A stretch of 57,782 nucleotides of DNA from a virus (taxonomy: Duplodnaviria > Caudoviricetes), in IMG/VR virus record IMGVR_UViG_3300032116_000235, positions 1 to 57,782 of that record; one strand, written 5' to 3'. Both the position numbers and the translations under genes were made by a program. Positions 1-10,032 of this stretch are shown here, piece by piece (the stretch's first letter is position 1; every line of letters begins with the position of its first letter). The notes under the pieces are model-generated. The model was not told the origin of the DNA. It ran no database searches and worked only from the letters and a program-made list of their open reading frames with translations.

Positions 1-354
1 GTAGGAAACGAACTTCTGTGGCTTAACAAGTATGTTCTTGGTTCTGCTATTACTTGGCCAAAACGACCTGCGTCATGGCTGTCAAAAGTTTCGGGAACTT
101 GTCAATTCAATGTCCAACCAGATACAACGCTTCCAATTTCTTCTGTTGAGTTCTGGAAAGCTGAAGTGGAGCCATTCAATGTTAACCGTGTTTGGTCTAG
201 CGTAACAACGACTAATGACGGGCGCACTTGGATTGGCTCGATGCCAGTAGCGGATAATAGCAAATATCTATTTGCATACGCCAATATTATCTATACAAAT
301 GGTGTCGTCACATCCACAAGATTTAATGCTGTAATACCAAATACTCTAAACTAA
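1..354 (+). CDS. Partial CDS (3' end); possible C-terminal part of an alpha/beta-hydrolase/esterase-like protein
   Basis: Frame 1 is open from base 1 to TAA at 352-354 (VGNELLWLNKYVLGSAITWPKRP...YLFAYANIIY). It resembles C-termini of PVC-group esterase-like proteins from memory only. Confidence 0.45.
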   Translation, partial: VGNELLWLNKYVLGSAITWPKRPASWLSKVSGTCQFNVQPDTTLPISSVEFWKAEVEPFNVNRVWSSVTTTNDGRTWIGSMPVADNSKYLFAYANIIYTNGVVTSTRFNAVIPNTLN

Positions 355-356
355 TC

Positions 357-569
357 ATGAACTCCGATAGTGGATTATCAACTGGAACAGGATATATTGG
401 CACGATATATAGCGTGTTTGCAGTAATGATTTCGATGCTTCCTGAACTTGATATTTGGATGCGGATTCTTGCCTCAGCGTCAGCAATCATTGCGGCGTGG
501 GTAAGTATTTATATGATGATTTTGAAGTTGAAAAATGGCAAAAAAGATAAAAAGGGAGATTCTGAATGA
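357..569 (+). CDS. Small two-TM membrane protein, holin/antiholin-like
   Basis: Two hydrophobic segments, Lys-rich C-terminus, upstream of the endolysin. Confidence 0.55.
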   Translation: MNSDSGLSTGTGYIGTIYSVFAVMISMLPELDIWMRILASASAIIAAWVSIYMMILKLKNGKKDKKGDSE

Positions 570-772
570 AGTATTTTTTGACAATATCTTTTGCTGTGAT
601 TCTTTCTTCTTGCGTAAGCATTCCGATTCCGCCAACAGGTGAAAATCAAGGGAAGCTTGGCGCATTGAAACTCAGCATTTCCTATGTTCCGTATGCAAAA
701 CCAGATTCAAATTCTGATGCAAATATCGTTTATGCATGGCAACATTTCAGCAAAACACTAAAAGACAAATAA
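566..772 (+). CDS. Small lipoprotein in lysis cassette (spanin-like candidate)
   Basis: Signal peptide with lipobox ILSS-C; overlaps the previous stop codon (ATGA). Confidence 0.55.
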   Translation: MKYFLTISFAVILSSCVSIPIPPTGENQGKLGALKLSISYVPYAKPDSNSDANIVYAWQHFSKTLKDK

Positions 773-773
773 T

Positions 774-947
774 ATGAAAATCGTAAATCTAATCCTTGAA
801 CGCCTATCTGAAAACAGCACATGGCGCGGAATTATTCTCGTTGCTACTGCGCTCGGTTTGAAACTTGATCCTGAATTGCAGAACCAAATTCTTGCCGCTG
901 GCCTTGGTTTGGTTGGTTTGATCAATGTAATTCGTAAAGCAAAATGA
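774..947 (+). CDS. Holin (57 aa, not in ORF track)
   Basis: MKIVNLILERLSENSTWRGIILVATALGLKLDPELQNQILAAGLGLVGLINVIRKAK; RLxExSTWRG plus two TM helices; ATGA overlap with the endolysin. Confidence 0.7.
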   Translation: MKIVNLILERLSENSTWRGIILVATALGLKLDPELQNQILAAGLGLVGLINVIRKAK

Positions 948-1480
948 TTCCCCAATCGCGTCCCCAGCAAAAGCGAGAGTTTTCAGAAAAATATCTGCGT
1001 AAAGCAGGTGTTTCTGATCAACTCGCTTTGCTTGGGGTGCGCGGTTACTACAAAGACACGATGGGAAAGGTCGGGGAAAACGATCGCGGCATTTATGATG
1101 ATGCGATTTTCGTAATTTCGCCTTCCGCTTATGTGTCTTTTAACGCAAATACCGATCCTTCTTATCACCGCGAAGGCGTTGCAGTTCTCCTTCCGGGTCT
1201 TTATCGCTACAGAAAAGGGAAACACGGAATTTCCAAAGGTCCGGGCTACCCTGCTCTGCGTCCCGCCACAAAAGACGAAGCATTGCCTGTTATGCGCGAT
1301 GGCAAAGGCATCTCGACAGGATACCACATCAACTTCCATCGCGGCTCAAACACATCTACAAGTTCATTGGGTTGTCAGACAGTTCCTCCATCCCAATGGA
1401 GCGCATTCCAATCACTCGTTTACGAACAAATGGATCGCTATTCTCAAACAACAATCCCATATCTTTTAATCGAAGCCTAA
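944..1480 (+). CDS. Endolysin, L,D-transpeptidase-like (His/Cys) peptidoglycan hydrolase
   Basis: INFHRGSNTSTSSLGCQT matches the Hx(n)SxGC catalytic pattern; follows holin genes. Confidence 0.65.
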   Translation: MIPQSRPQQKREFSEKYLRKAGVSDQLALLGVRGYYKDTMGKVGENDRGIYDDAIFVISPSAYVSFNANTDPSYHREGVAVLLPGLYRYRKGKHGISKGPGYPALRPATKDEALPVMRDGKGISTGYHINFHRGSNTSTSSLGCQTVPPSQWSAFQSLVYEQMDRYSQTTIPYLLIEA

Positions 1481-1483
1481 ATT

Positions 1484-4237
1484 ATGAGTTGCAACAACGA
1501 TTCCTACAACAATATCTGCCGTCAGGATATTCCTTATCCGCAAGTTAGTCCTGAATCGGTTCCTTCTTTGATTTCCAATCTTGTATATGCACTTTACGGC
1601 AACATTACAAAGTCTGTTGAGAATGGGCGAGTTGTTTGGAACATTCCTTGCGATCCTAATAACACGGCAGAAGTCGATCAGATTCCTCGCGAGGAGGGAG
1701 AGGGACTGCTTTGCTACCTACTTCGAGTTTTCGCTAACTCTCTGGATGGGTATGGCACATTTTTGCGTTGGGGATTTACTGGTTCTGGTCAATCTGCGTT
1801 TACTTTGACTGGCGCATGGCAACCTGATCGTAATGCTTACTTGGCATACATTGATGGTGTCGTTCAAGACCCGATTAGTTATACAATTTCTACTTCATTG
1901 CCACGAGTTTTAACGCTTGATACAGCACTTCCAACAGGGTCAATTTTGACTATCGTTGAGCTTTCAAGCCGCGCAGGAGCCACCGGAGCCACCGGAGCAG
2001 TTGGAAGCACGGGCGCAACTGGTTTAGGCGCAACTGGTAGCACTGGATTAGTTGGGGCGACCGGAGCCACGGGATTTGGCGCAACAGGAGCTACAGGAGT
2101 TGGCGCAACCGGAGCAACCGGATTGCGCGGAGCGACAGGGTTACAAGGCCCGCAAGGAAGTCCGGGCGGAGCGACTGGGGCGACTGGGCCTCAAGGCCCA
2201 CAGGGAAATCCCGGAGGTGCTACTGGAGCTACCGGACCAGTTTCTCCAGCAGGCGGTTTAAGGTGGGCTTATATTGGAAATGGCTCTCAAAATCAATTTA
2301 ATGTTGTTGGGGCAATTTCAGAATTATCGACAGCATTTCTTGTAGCTATTGATGGCGTCTTGCAAGACCCTAATAATTATTCTATTTCTGGAACAATTTT
2401 AACAACATCTTCACCCGTCCCGACCAATTCTGAAATTGTAATTGTTTCATTAAATGGCTTGCGAGGAGCAACCGGAATTCAAGGGCCGCAAGGAAATCCC
2501 GGAGGAGCGACAGGGGCAACCGGACCAGTTTCTCCAGCAGGCGGAATAAGATGGGCTTATATTGGAAATGGAATAGATACTCAATTTAGTGTTGTTGGAG
2601 CGATTTCCCAACTCCCGACAGCGTTTCTTGTAGCTATTGATGGAATTTTACAAGATCCCGCAAACTACACAATTTCTGGATCAGTATTAGAAATGTTTTC
2701 TCCAGTTCCTGCTAACTCTGAAATTGTAATTGTTTCTTTGAACGGAGTAAAAGGATCAACTGGAGTTGGTTCAACCGGAGCAACAGGTCCGCAGGGTGCA
2801 ACTGGAATTAGCATTGTTGGCGCAACTGGGCAAGGCGATGTTCTAAATATTGTATCTTTTACTCAAAATAACATTAGTGGAGGAATAAAAGAATTTTCTT
2901 ATGTCCCGACAAATGTTGGATGGGATTATGGAACTCGGTTACGAGCAACAGCATTTTCGGCATATCCATTCGATTATGTTGAAGGCGTTGTTTTAGAAGT
3001 AAACAACACAGAGGTTAGAATTCAAGTTGATCGAACCGAAGGTGCAGGGTATTACGGGTATTGGTTTATTTCTACTGCTGGAGAGGTTGGCGCGACAGGC
3101 ACGCAAGGTCCGCAGGGTCCACAGGGAAATCCCGGAGGCGCAACTGGAGCGACGGGATTAGTCGGAGCGACTGGGCCTCAAGGAAATGCAGGGCCAGTAG
3201 GCGGCCAACGCTGGGCTTATGTTGGGAACAATGACACAGTATTTAATATACCCGGAGCAACCACAACAAATCCGCTCGGATATTCTGTAAATATTGAAGG
3301 AATCACTCAAGACCCGAATAATTACACAATAACAAGTTCGCCTTATGCTATAATAATGTCTTCACCTGTTCCAGTTGGAGCAACGATTGTAATTATATCG
3401 CTAAATGGAACACAAGGCGCGACTGGCCCAAGCGGGGGTGCAACTGGGGCGACCGGACCTGCTGGTTCCGCTGGCCCTGCTGGCGGAATAAGGTGGGCTT
3501 ATATTTCATCTAATGATGTTAATTTTAATATTACTGGAGCTATAACTACGAATCCGTTGGGTTATTCCGTGAACATTGACGGAATCACTCAAGACCCGAA
3601 TGATTACATTATTACATCTGGTTTTCCATATGTTCTTACAATGTCATCTCCTGTTCCTGCTGGTTCAAAAATTGTAATTACATCACTTAACGGAATTACT
3701 GGTGCAACTGGCGTTGCGGGATCGGCAGGCCCATTCGGGGGTATTCGTTGGGCATATACTGGGAACAACGATACTAATTTCGATATTACAGGAAACACAA
3801 CGAATAATCCTATTGGATATTTAGTTTGCATTGATGGTGTAGTTCAAGACCCAGTTAATTATTCCATCACGGGAAACACGCTTACTACTACATCTCCTGT
3901 TCCGATTGGTTCACAGATTGTGATTATATCTTTGAATGGCATTCAGGGCGCGACTGGGCCTAGTGGTGGTGCAACAGGAGCGACTGGAGCAACAGGCGTT
4001 CTACCTCCATCAAATTTTGGAAACGCGTGGGCTTATACAGGAGATGGGATTCAAACAGTATTTGCAATTACAGGTGGATTGTCTATACTGGCTCCAGCAT
4101 ATCTTGTTCATGTGGACGGGGTGTATCAAAAATCAACTAATTATGTAATTGACAATGTGACTCCAAGAACATTAACTTTTTCTCAACCAGTTCCATCTGG
4201 ATCAGAAATAACCATAGTATCACTATCAGTAGCTTAA
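1484..4237 (+). CDS. Collagen-like tail/whisker fibre with seven repeated beta domains
   Basis: GATGATG/GPQG tracts alternate with 7 copies of (R)WAYxG..F...LVxIDGVxQDPxNY...PVP..IVIxSL. Confidence 0.75.
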   Translation: MSCNNDSYNNICRQDIPYPQVSPESVPSLISNLVYALYGNITKSVENGRVVWNIPCDPNNTAEVDQIPREEGEGLLCYLLRVFANSLDGYGTFLRWGFTGSGQSAFTLTGAWQPDRNAYLAYIDGVVQDPISYTISTSLPRVLTLDTALPTGSILTIVELSSRAGATGATGAVGSTGATGLGATGSTGLVGATGATGFGATGATGVGATGATGLRGATGLQGPQGSPGGATGATGPQGPQGNPGGATGATGPVSPAGGLRWAYIGNGSQNQFNVVGAISELSTAFLVAIDGVLQDPNNYSISGTILTTSSPVPTNSEIVIVSLNGLRGATGIQGPQGNPGGATGATGPVSPAGGIRWAYIGNGIDTQFSVVGAISQLPTAFLVAIDGILQDPANYTISGSVLEMFSPVPANSEIVIVSLNGVKGSTGVGSTGATGPQGATGISIVGATGQGDVLNIVSFTQNNISGGIKEFSYVPTNVGWDYGTRLRATAFSAYPFDYVEGVVLEVNNTEVRIQVDRTEGAGYYGYWFISTAGEVGATGTQGPQGPQGNPGGATGATGLVGATGPQGNAGPVGGQRWAYVGNNDTVFNIPGATTTNPLGYSVNIEGITQDPNNYTITSSPYAIIMSSPVPVGATIVIISLNGTQGATGPSGGATGATGPAGSAGPAGGIRWAYISSNDVNFNITGAITTNPLGYSVNIDGITQDPNDYIITSGFPYVLTMSSPVPAGSKIVITSLNGITGATGVAGSAGPFGGIRWAYTGNNDTNFDITGNTTNNPIGYLVCIDGVVQDPVNYSITGNTLTTTSPVPIGSQIVIISLNGIQGATGPSGGATGATGATGVLPPSNFGNAWAYTGDGIQTVFAITGGLSILAPAYLVHVDGVYQKSTNYVIDNVTPRTLTFSQPVPSGSEITIVSLSVA

Positions 4238-4283
4238 CAATCAAAAACAACAAACAAACAACTAAAATAGAAAAACTAAAATT

Positions 4284-5525
4284 ATGCCACTCACTAAAGC
4301 AACAACTAATGTAGTCAACCTCGACAAAGACACACTTATCAACGGAATTCGCGTTGGAATTGGTGCTGGAAGTATCGATACAAATACTTGTGTTGGATCA
4401 TTAAATTTGTCAAACAATACAACTGGATTTTACAACACATCCATTGGTCATGCTGCATTGTTTAATAACACAACCGGACACTACAACACAGCAGTTGGAG
4501 TTAGTGCATCAAACCAAAACATAACTGGTGCTGGAAATACCGCAGTTGGCAGAGACGCATTATATAATAATAATAGCAACTATATCACCGGAGTCGGAGT
4601 AAATGCTTTGTTTGAAAACACAACTGGAGACGGAAATGTTGGTATTGGATTTAATGCTATTTATACAAACCAAACTGGAAGTTTTAATACTGGTTTAGGG
4701 AATTGGGCATTAGCAAATGCAACAACAGGGCGCAATACATCTATCGGTCACGAAGCACTCCGTTACACAACGATTGGTTTTGATAATACAGCAGTTGGAA
4801 CAAGTGCAAGCATTCAAAATATAAGCGGTCATAGCAATACTGCCTGTGGTATTAGTGCTTTGAATAACAATACAACTGCTAATCTAAATACGGCAATTGG
4901 CGCGGATTGCTTGTCAGCAGCAGTTAATTTCAACAATTGCAGCGGAATTGGATATGATGCTCAAGTTGATGGGCATAATCAAGTGCAACTTGGTAATTCT
5001 GGCACTACAACTTATGTATACGGAGCAGTTCAAGCTCGTTCTGATGTTCGTGATAAAACCGATGTCCGTGATACTGAACTTGGTCTTGAGTTTGTCAACG
5101 CACTTCGTCCAGTTGATTTCAAGTGGGATATGCGCGAGGATTATCGTCCAGAAGCACCTAAACCTGTTGTTGAGCCAGCAGAACTTAAAGAAGATGCTTC
5201 CGACGAAGAAAAAGCTAAATATGCAGAAGAACTTGCTGCTTACAATGCCTACAAAGTCAAAAATGATAAATGGCTTGAAGATGTAAAACTTGCCAACATC
5301 ACTCACGATGGCAGCAAGAAACGCAGCCGCTTCCATCATGGTTTGATTGCTCAAGAAGTTAAAGCGGTTCTTGACGCTAAAGGCATTGATTTTGGTGGAT
5401 TCCAAGATCATTCCATCAAGGGTGGAGATGATGTTCTTTCTATCGGTTACGAAGAACTTATTGCACCTATGCTCAAGGCAATTCAAGAACTCTCTGCTGA
5501 AGTTGCCGCATTGAAAGCTAAATAA
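4284..5525 (+). CDS. Tail fibre/spike with C-terminal intramolecular chaperone (peptidase S74-like)
   Basis: NTxxGxxAL beta-helix repeats; SDVRDKTDV...LRPVDFKW...GLIAQEV...LIAPMLKAIQEL. Confidence 0.85.
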   Translation: MPLTKATTNVVNLDKDTLINGIRVGIGAGSIDTNTCVGSLNLSNNTTGFYNTSIGHAALFNNTTGHYNTAVGVSASNQNITGAGNTAVGRDALYNNNSNYITGVGVNALFENTTGDGNVGIGFNAIYTNQTGSFNTGLGNWALANATTGRNTSIGHEALRYTTIGFDNTAVGTSASIQNISGHSNTACGISALNNNTTANLNTAIGADCLSAAVNFNNCSGIGYDAQVDGHNQVQLGNSGTTTYVYGAVQARSDVRDKTDVRDTELGLEFVNALRPVDFKWDMREDYRPEAPKPVVEPAELKEDASDEEKAKYAEELAAYNAYKVKNDKWLEDVKLANITHDGSKKRSRFHHGLIAQEVKAVLDAKGIDFGGFQDHSIKGGDDVLSIGYEELIAPMLKAIQELSAEVAALKAK

Positions 5526-5538
5526 CTTGTAATTAAAT

Positions 5539-5573
5539 TCTCGCTATGCAGAAAATAAAACTGCATAGCGAGA
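5539..5573 (+). terminator. Perfect 13-bp hairpin after tail fibre gene (terminator or processing site)
   Basis: tctcgctatgcag-aaaataaaa-ctgcatagcgaga; weak U-tract. Confidence 0.55.
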
Positions 5574-5583
5574 TAATTTCTAT

Positions 5584-5997
5584 ATGCCTTATTCAAAAGA
5601 AAAATACGATTTGCCATCTGGTTTTGAAGACCTTGGAGAACCTATAAAGCCAATCTCTATGGATATGGAGATGCCGAAAAGCGAATTTCATTATCCATCG
5701 CTTTATTTTGAAAATGCAGAGGCATTAAAAGGATTGCCAAAAGAAGGAACTGCCATGATTTATTTTAAAAAAGTCATGGAGAAAGAAGAAACTATGATGC
5801 GCGATGGCAAAACCGAGAAGCGTCATTGCGTGGAGCTTTGCATCTGTGGCATCAAGCCTGAAGGTTCTGAAGAAATGGAATCCGAGAACGAAGAGATGGA
5901 TGACGAGGATGCCATTGAAAATGGGCTTGAAGAAGCAGAAGAAAAACCAAAAACCAAAATCGAAATTGAAATTGGTGGAGGCGAAGAAGAAGATTAA
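5584..5997 (+). CDS. Acidic hypothetical protein
   Basis: 137-aa ORF, E/D-rich C-terminus. Confidence 0.6.
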   Translation: MPYSKEKYDLPSGFEDLGEPIKPISMDMEMPKSEFHYPSLYFENAEALKGLPKEGTAMIYFKKVMEKEETMMRDGKTEKRHCVELCICGIKPEGSEEMESENEEMDDEDAIENGLEEAEEKPKTKIEIEIGGGEEED

Positions 5998-6000
5998 TTT

Positions 6001-6285
6001 ATGAAAAATCAAATGCCGCCAGAAATGGCAATGCCAGCCGAACAGGCTCCTGAAATGACTGCTCCGGAAGGAGAAGTTTCCATGTCAATTCCGAAAGCGG
6101 ATTTTGATAATCTGTATGATATGATCATGCAGTTTGCTTCTGTTCTTGAAAATATGAAGTCAACTGTTGATACCCAGCAAGCCGCCGCTCAAGAAGGCCA
6201 AGTTGAGCAACCAGCGACAGGAAGCACTTCTGATGCGGCTGACTTGGAAATGTTCGCAAAAGAATTAAGTTCCAGAAGCGTATAA
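6001..6285 (+). CDS. Hypothetical protein
   Basis: 94-aa ORF tightly packed between neighbours. Confidence 0.6.
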   Translation: MKNQMPPEMAMPAEQAPEMTAPEGEVSMSIPKADFDNLYDMIMQFASVLENMKSTVDTQQAAAQEGQVEQPATGSTSDAADLEMFAKELSSRSV

Positions 6286-6288
6286 ACG

Positions 6289-9200
6289 ATGTTTGTCTCC
6301 CAAATTTTTGAAGAATGTGCGGAGATTTTAGGAACAACGAATTCGGAAAAAGTATTCCGTAAAATCTCTCAGGCTGTTCAAACCCTCATGGAAAGTGGCC
6401 ATTGGTCGCATTCCACGGCTGAAATTGACATCTGCACCGGATGGGACGGGCAAAGCGTCACGCTTCCGCGAGGCGTAGATGTTCCATTGGCAGTTAATGT
6501 TGATGGTTCGCCAGTTTATTTCAGAAATCGCCTTTTCCAATATCATGTAAATAAAGGCGGAATGTTTAATCCTGTTGGTTGGGCATGGGATGATCGTGGC
6601 TACACGCCAACGATGATGGAAATTCGCCAACCATCGCAGTTGGTGGCTATTGCTGAGACTGATAATGATGTCGGAAAACAAATCCGAGTCATTGGCATTA
6701 ATGGGAATAATGTTCCTTTGCGTAGTCAGCTTGAAAATGGAACCGGAGTTGACGGCTTGCTCGTTCCAATTCACTCGCAAAAAGACTTCCCGTTCGGAAC
6801 AATCATTCCTGACGATCAAACAGTAGAAATTCGACTTGTTTCTATTGATCCAATCTCTAAATTCACTCCAGATAATGGAGTCCCGCATCAGCTCACATCT
6901 GGACAAGGTGTAAATATCAGCCCGCAATCTGGTGTAATTCCGCCTCCGCTGTATAACGGACAAGTTGCTTATGTCGGCGTTCTTGACGCTCTCACGATTG
7001 AGCTTTTTAAAGATCAAAACAACGCCAAGAACGGGAATTTTCCAATTGAAATGGAAAGTATTCTCGGTTCGGGATTGATTAAAATCAAAGACAGCAAGCC
7101 AAGTCAGGTTGTTACTGCAATTCGCATGGATTCTGCTGTTCCTGTTGCAATAACAACGGGTAACCCGATAGCGTTTCCAGACACAGGAGTTATTTTGCCT
7201 GTTCCTCTTAAGAAAAAAGTAACATATTTTGCGAATGCTCTTAGTGATACAGATTTGAATATTTTTGAGTCATTTGAAGACGCTCAAAATAATATAAATC
7301 CCATATATTGTTCAACTATGGGGTCTCCATTTTCTGTGGATATCCGAAAAGAGATATTGCCAGAAACAAAACTCACTTTTGCGATTCAACATTACTTCAA
7401 ACAAGGCGATCAGGTTCAAGTTTATACGGCTGGTGGCGTTTTGCCAAATCCACTCATATCTAACCAGAATTATTTCGTGAATGTTGTCGATTCATTCACA
7501 ATCACAATTCACGAAACGCAAGCGGACGCTAATGCTTCTAATCCGACAAATTATATCAATCCTATTAAATTGATAGATGCCGGAAGCGGGGCAAATTTTG
7601 TCGTAAAATTACTCTCAAGCACATTTCGTAGCGGCGAAACTTCACAAATTACCGCCGCAGGATTGAATATTTCTGCCCCAACTGGCGCGGGAGCAAATTA
7701 TCAAGCTGTCGTTACCGGATCAGTTCGTGTTGTTCAAGTGACAGCGCAAGGCAACGGCTATTCCACTGTTCCCGGAGTTACTTTTTCAGAACCTCCAGAC
7801 CCTCCTATTGGTTCAGGTCAACAAGCAGAAACCGCTACCGGATACGCGATCATCAATACGATTTCTACCAAGCTGGAACAAATCATTATCACGAATCCCG
7901 GATCAGGATATACTTCTCCTCCTGCAATTACGATCGATCCTCCTACCGGAGCAAGTCCGGCACAAGCAACGGCATCAGCAACGCTTCAAACATCGTTCGT
8001 TTCGTATTTCCGTAAAATTTCAGGCGGCAACAATTATAGACAGGCTCCGCAGGTTCAGATAGCGGGTGGCGGAGGTTCTGGAGCGACAGCCCAAGCAGTT
8101 GTTAATAACTCAATTATCAATCTGAATTCTATTTCAGTTGTTGGAACAACTGCAACGGCAACTACAGCTTCTCCTCACGGATTTTCTGTTGGTTCAGTAG
8201 TGACATTAGAGAATGTTTCACCAACGACACCATTTAACGGCGATAAAACAGTTCTGAGTGTCCCTTTGCAGACTCAAAACATTTTTAGCATTACGAGAAT
8301 TCTGACAACTGCAACAGTCACGATGACCGGTAATCACAATTACTCAACTGGGCAAATCGTGACTATTGCAGGAACAACAGAGCCGCAATATCTTGGCCCT
8401 TACGCAATCACAGTCATAAATTCTACGCAATTCACATATACTGTAACAGGAAATCCAATAACCCCTGCTGGCGGAGCGGCAAAAACAGCAAGTATTCCTT
8501 CACCATCCGGAGCAACATTTACATTCACCGTTCCTTCTGGAACGACAAGTGCCACTCCAAATACGGGAACTGTTTTTTCTGGTGAAGTTGTTGCGTTGAA
8601 CATTATCACAAGCGGAACCGGATATACTTCACCGCCGAGTGTTATTCTGACTCCTTCAACTGGCGTATTTGTGGAGTTTACAAGCACAGGGACTCTTCCT
8701 TCGCCTCTTGTCGCGGGAACTGCATACAGGGCGGAGGCTCCTCTTGATACCGCCGCTGGCGTATTCACAGTTCGTAATGCAGATTTCTCAAAAATTAACA
8801 TTACCGGAGGAGGAAGCGGAACATTCTATACAGTTCTTTCCAGAACATTCGGCGTTGATTTTACTGATCGTTGGCTTGGAGATTTTTCAAATATCACAAC
8901 AGGACAGGGAATATATTTCGGGACAGATTTTATTCTCCCAACAACATCACCAGCGATTGACGGATCAACGCAATTCTTTTTGGATGTTATTTCGCCAACA
9001 GTTGCGCGCATTCGAAATTCATTGTCAGTATATCTTCAAGTAATTTCTTTTGGAACTGGTCAATCGTATTTTGGAATACGAAGACAGGTGACAGTCCAAA
9101 CACCTGAAAATACGATTGAGCCAGATTCAATTTTGTATTTGCAGGACGATCAAATCGTAAAATTCAGCACTTCCGGAGGAATGCCAGCACCTCTTGTTGC

Positions 9201-10032
9201 TGGCGTTGATTACAAAATTCGCATTTTTGGAGATGCCGTCAAAGTTTACGATGCGACAACGGGGAATTTGATTGTATTGAATTCTCCCGGAACAGGGGAA
9301 TTATCTTTGGATGTTGAGAGAGTGATTCGCCCATTGCCTTCAACAAGTATTCTGTGTGAAAAAGCACTATACGAAAACGGGCAATCGGTAAAAGTGAGAG
9401 CCGTAAATGGAGACACTCTTCCAGAAGGTCTTCAGCCAGAATTTTCATATTATGTTCGCCGTATTTCTGAAAATTATATTGAGCTTTATCAAACGGCAGA
9501 ACAAGCGCGAGGAACAGGGACAACTGGAAGGATAGAATATCTTTCTCCGGGAAATTCTGTTGAATCACAATTTTACATTGATGCTATTGATGATGAAGTT
9601 TTGGTGAAAACAATTCATCAGATTGAGAAACCTTTGACTGACGGATTTGTTTCTCTTTACGCATGGGATTTTGCCCGTTCAAATGATTTAACACTGGTTG
9701 GGCAATATCATCCTTCCGAGGTTAATCCGCAGTATCGCAGAATCCGCATCGGGCAATCTTGCGCTTGGGTTCGGTTGGCTTATCGGATGTCGCCTCCGTT
9801 CATCACTTCAAAATACGACTACATTCCTATTGAGCATGAACGGGCAATCATCGCGGCAATTCATGCTGTTGATATGGAAGACAAAGATTTTGCAGACCAA
9901 TCGGCGCGATATTGGGGTATTGCTTTCAATTATCTCCGGAACCAACAAGAATACATTGATGGTCACGCAATGGTTCCTCCGCAAATTAACAATGTCACTT
10001 ACGGAGACGGAACGGATTGGGTTATTAGCTGA
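6289..10032 (+). CDS. Structural protein; head-tail adaptor-like termini with a large insertion of beta-rich repeats
   Basis: Directly upstream of the nozzle-like gene; repeats GSGYTSPPx(I/V) and HxFxxGDxV..GxLPxPL..YFV. Confidence 0.55.
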   Translation: MFVSQIFEECAEILGTTNSEKVFRKISQAVQTLMESGHWSHSTAEIDICTGWDGQSVTLPRGVDVPLAVNVDGSPVYFRNRLFQYHVNKGGMFNPVGWAWDDRGYTPTMMEIRQPSQLVAIAETDNDVGKQIRVIGINGNNVPLRSQLENGTGVDGLLVPIHSQKDFPFGTIIPDDQTVEIRLVSIDPISKFTPDNGVPHQLTSGQGVNISPQSGVIPPPLYNGQVAYVGVLDALTIELFKDQNNAKNGNFPIEMESILGSGLIKIKDSKPSQVVTAIRMDSAVPVAITTGNPIAFPDTGVILPVPLKKKVTYFANALSDTDLNIFESFEDAQNNINPIYCSTMGSPFSVDIRKEILPETKLTFAIQHYFKQGDQVQVYTAGGVLPNPLISNQNYFVNVVDSFTITIHETQADANASNPTNYINPIKLIDAGSGANFVVKLLSSTFRSGETSQITAAGLNISAPTGAGANYQAVVTGSVRVVQVTAQGNGYSTVPGVTFSEPPDPPIGSGQQAETATGYAIINTISTKLEQIIITNPGSGYTSPPAITIDPPTGASPAQATASATLQTSFVSYFRKISGGNNYRQAPQVQIAGGGGSGATAQAVVNNSIINLNSISVVGTTATATTASPHGFSVGSVVTLENVSPTTPFNGDKTVLSVPLQTQNIFSITRILTTATVTMTGNHNYSTGQIVTIAGTTEPQYLGPYAITVINSTQFTYTVTGNPITPAGGAAKTASIPSPSGATFTFTVPSGTTSATPNTGTVFSGEVVALNIITSGTGYTSPPSVILTPSTGVFVEFTSTGTLPSPLVAGTAYRAEAPLDTAAGVFTVRNADFSKINITGGGSGTFYTVLSRTFGVDFTDRWLGDFSNITTGQGIYFGTDFILPTTSPAIDGSTQFFLDVISPTVARIRNSLSVYLQVISFGTGQSYFGIRRQVTVQTPENTIEPDSILYLQDDQIVKFSTSGGMPAPLVAGVDYKIRIFGDAVKVYDATTGNLIVLNSPGTGELSLDVERVIRPLPSTSILCEKALYENGQSVKVRAVNGDTLPEGLQPEFSYYVRRISENYIELYQTAEQARGTGTTGRIEYLSPGNSVESQFYIDAIDDEVLVKTIHQIEKPLTDGFVSLYAWDFARSNDLTLVGQYHPSEVNPQYRRIRIGQSCAWVRLAYRMSPPFITSKYDYIPIEHERAIIAAIHAVDMEDKDFADQSARYWGIAFNYLRNQQEYIDGHAMVPPQINNVTYGDGTDWVIS

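Noticed and set aside
1484-5525. Diversity-generating retroelement or invertible tail-fibre system
   Set aside because: No reverse transcriptase or invertase, and no adenine-specific template/variable repeat pair seen
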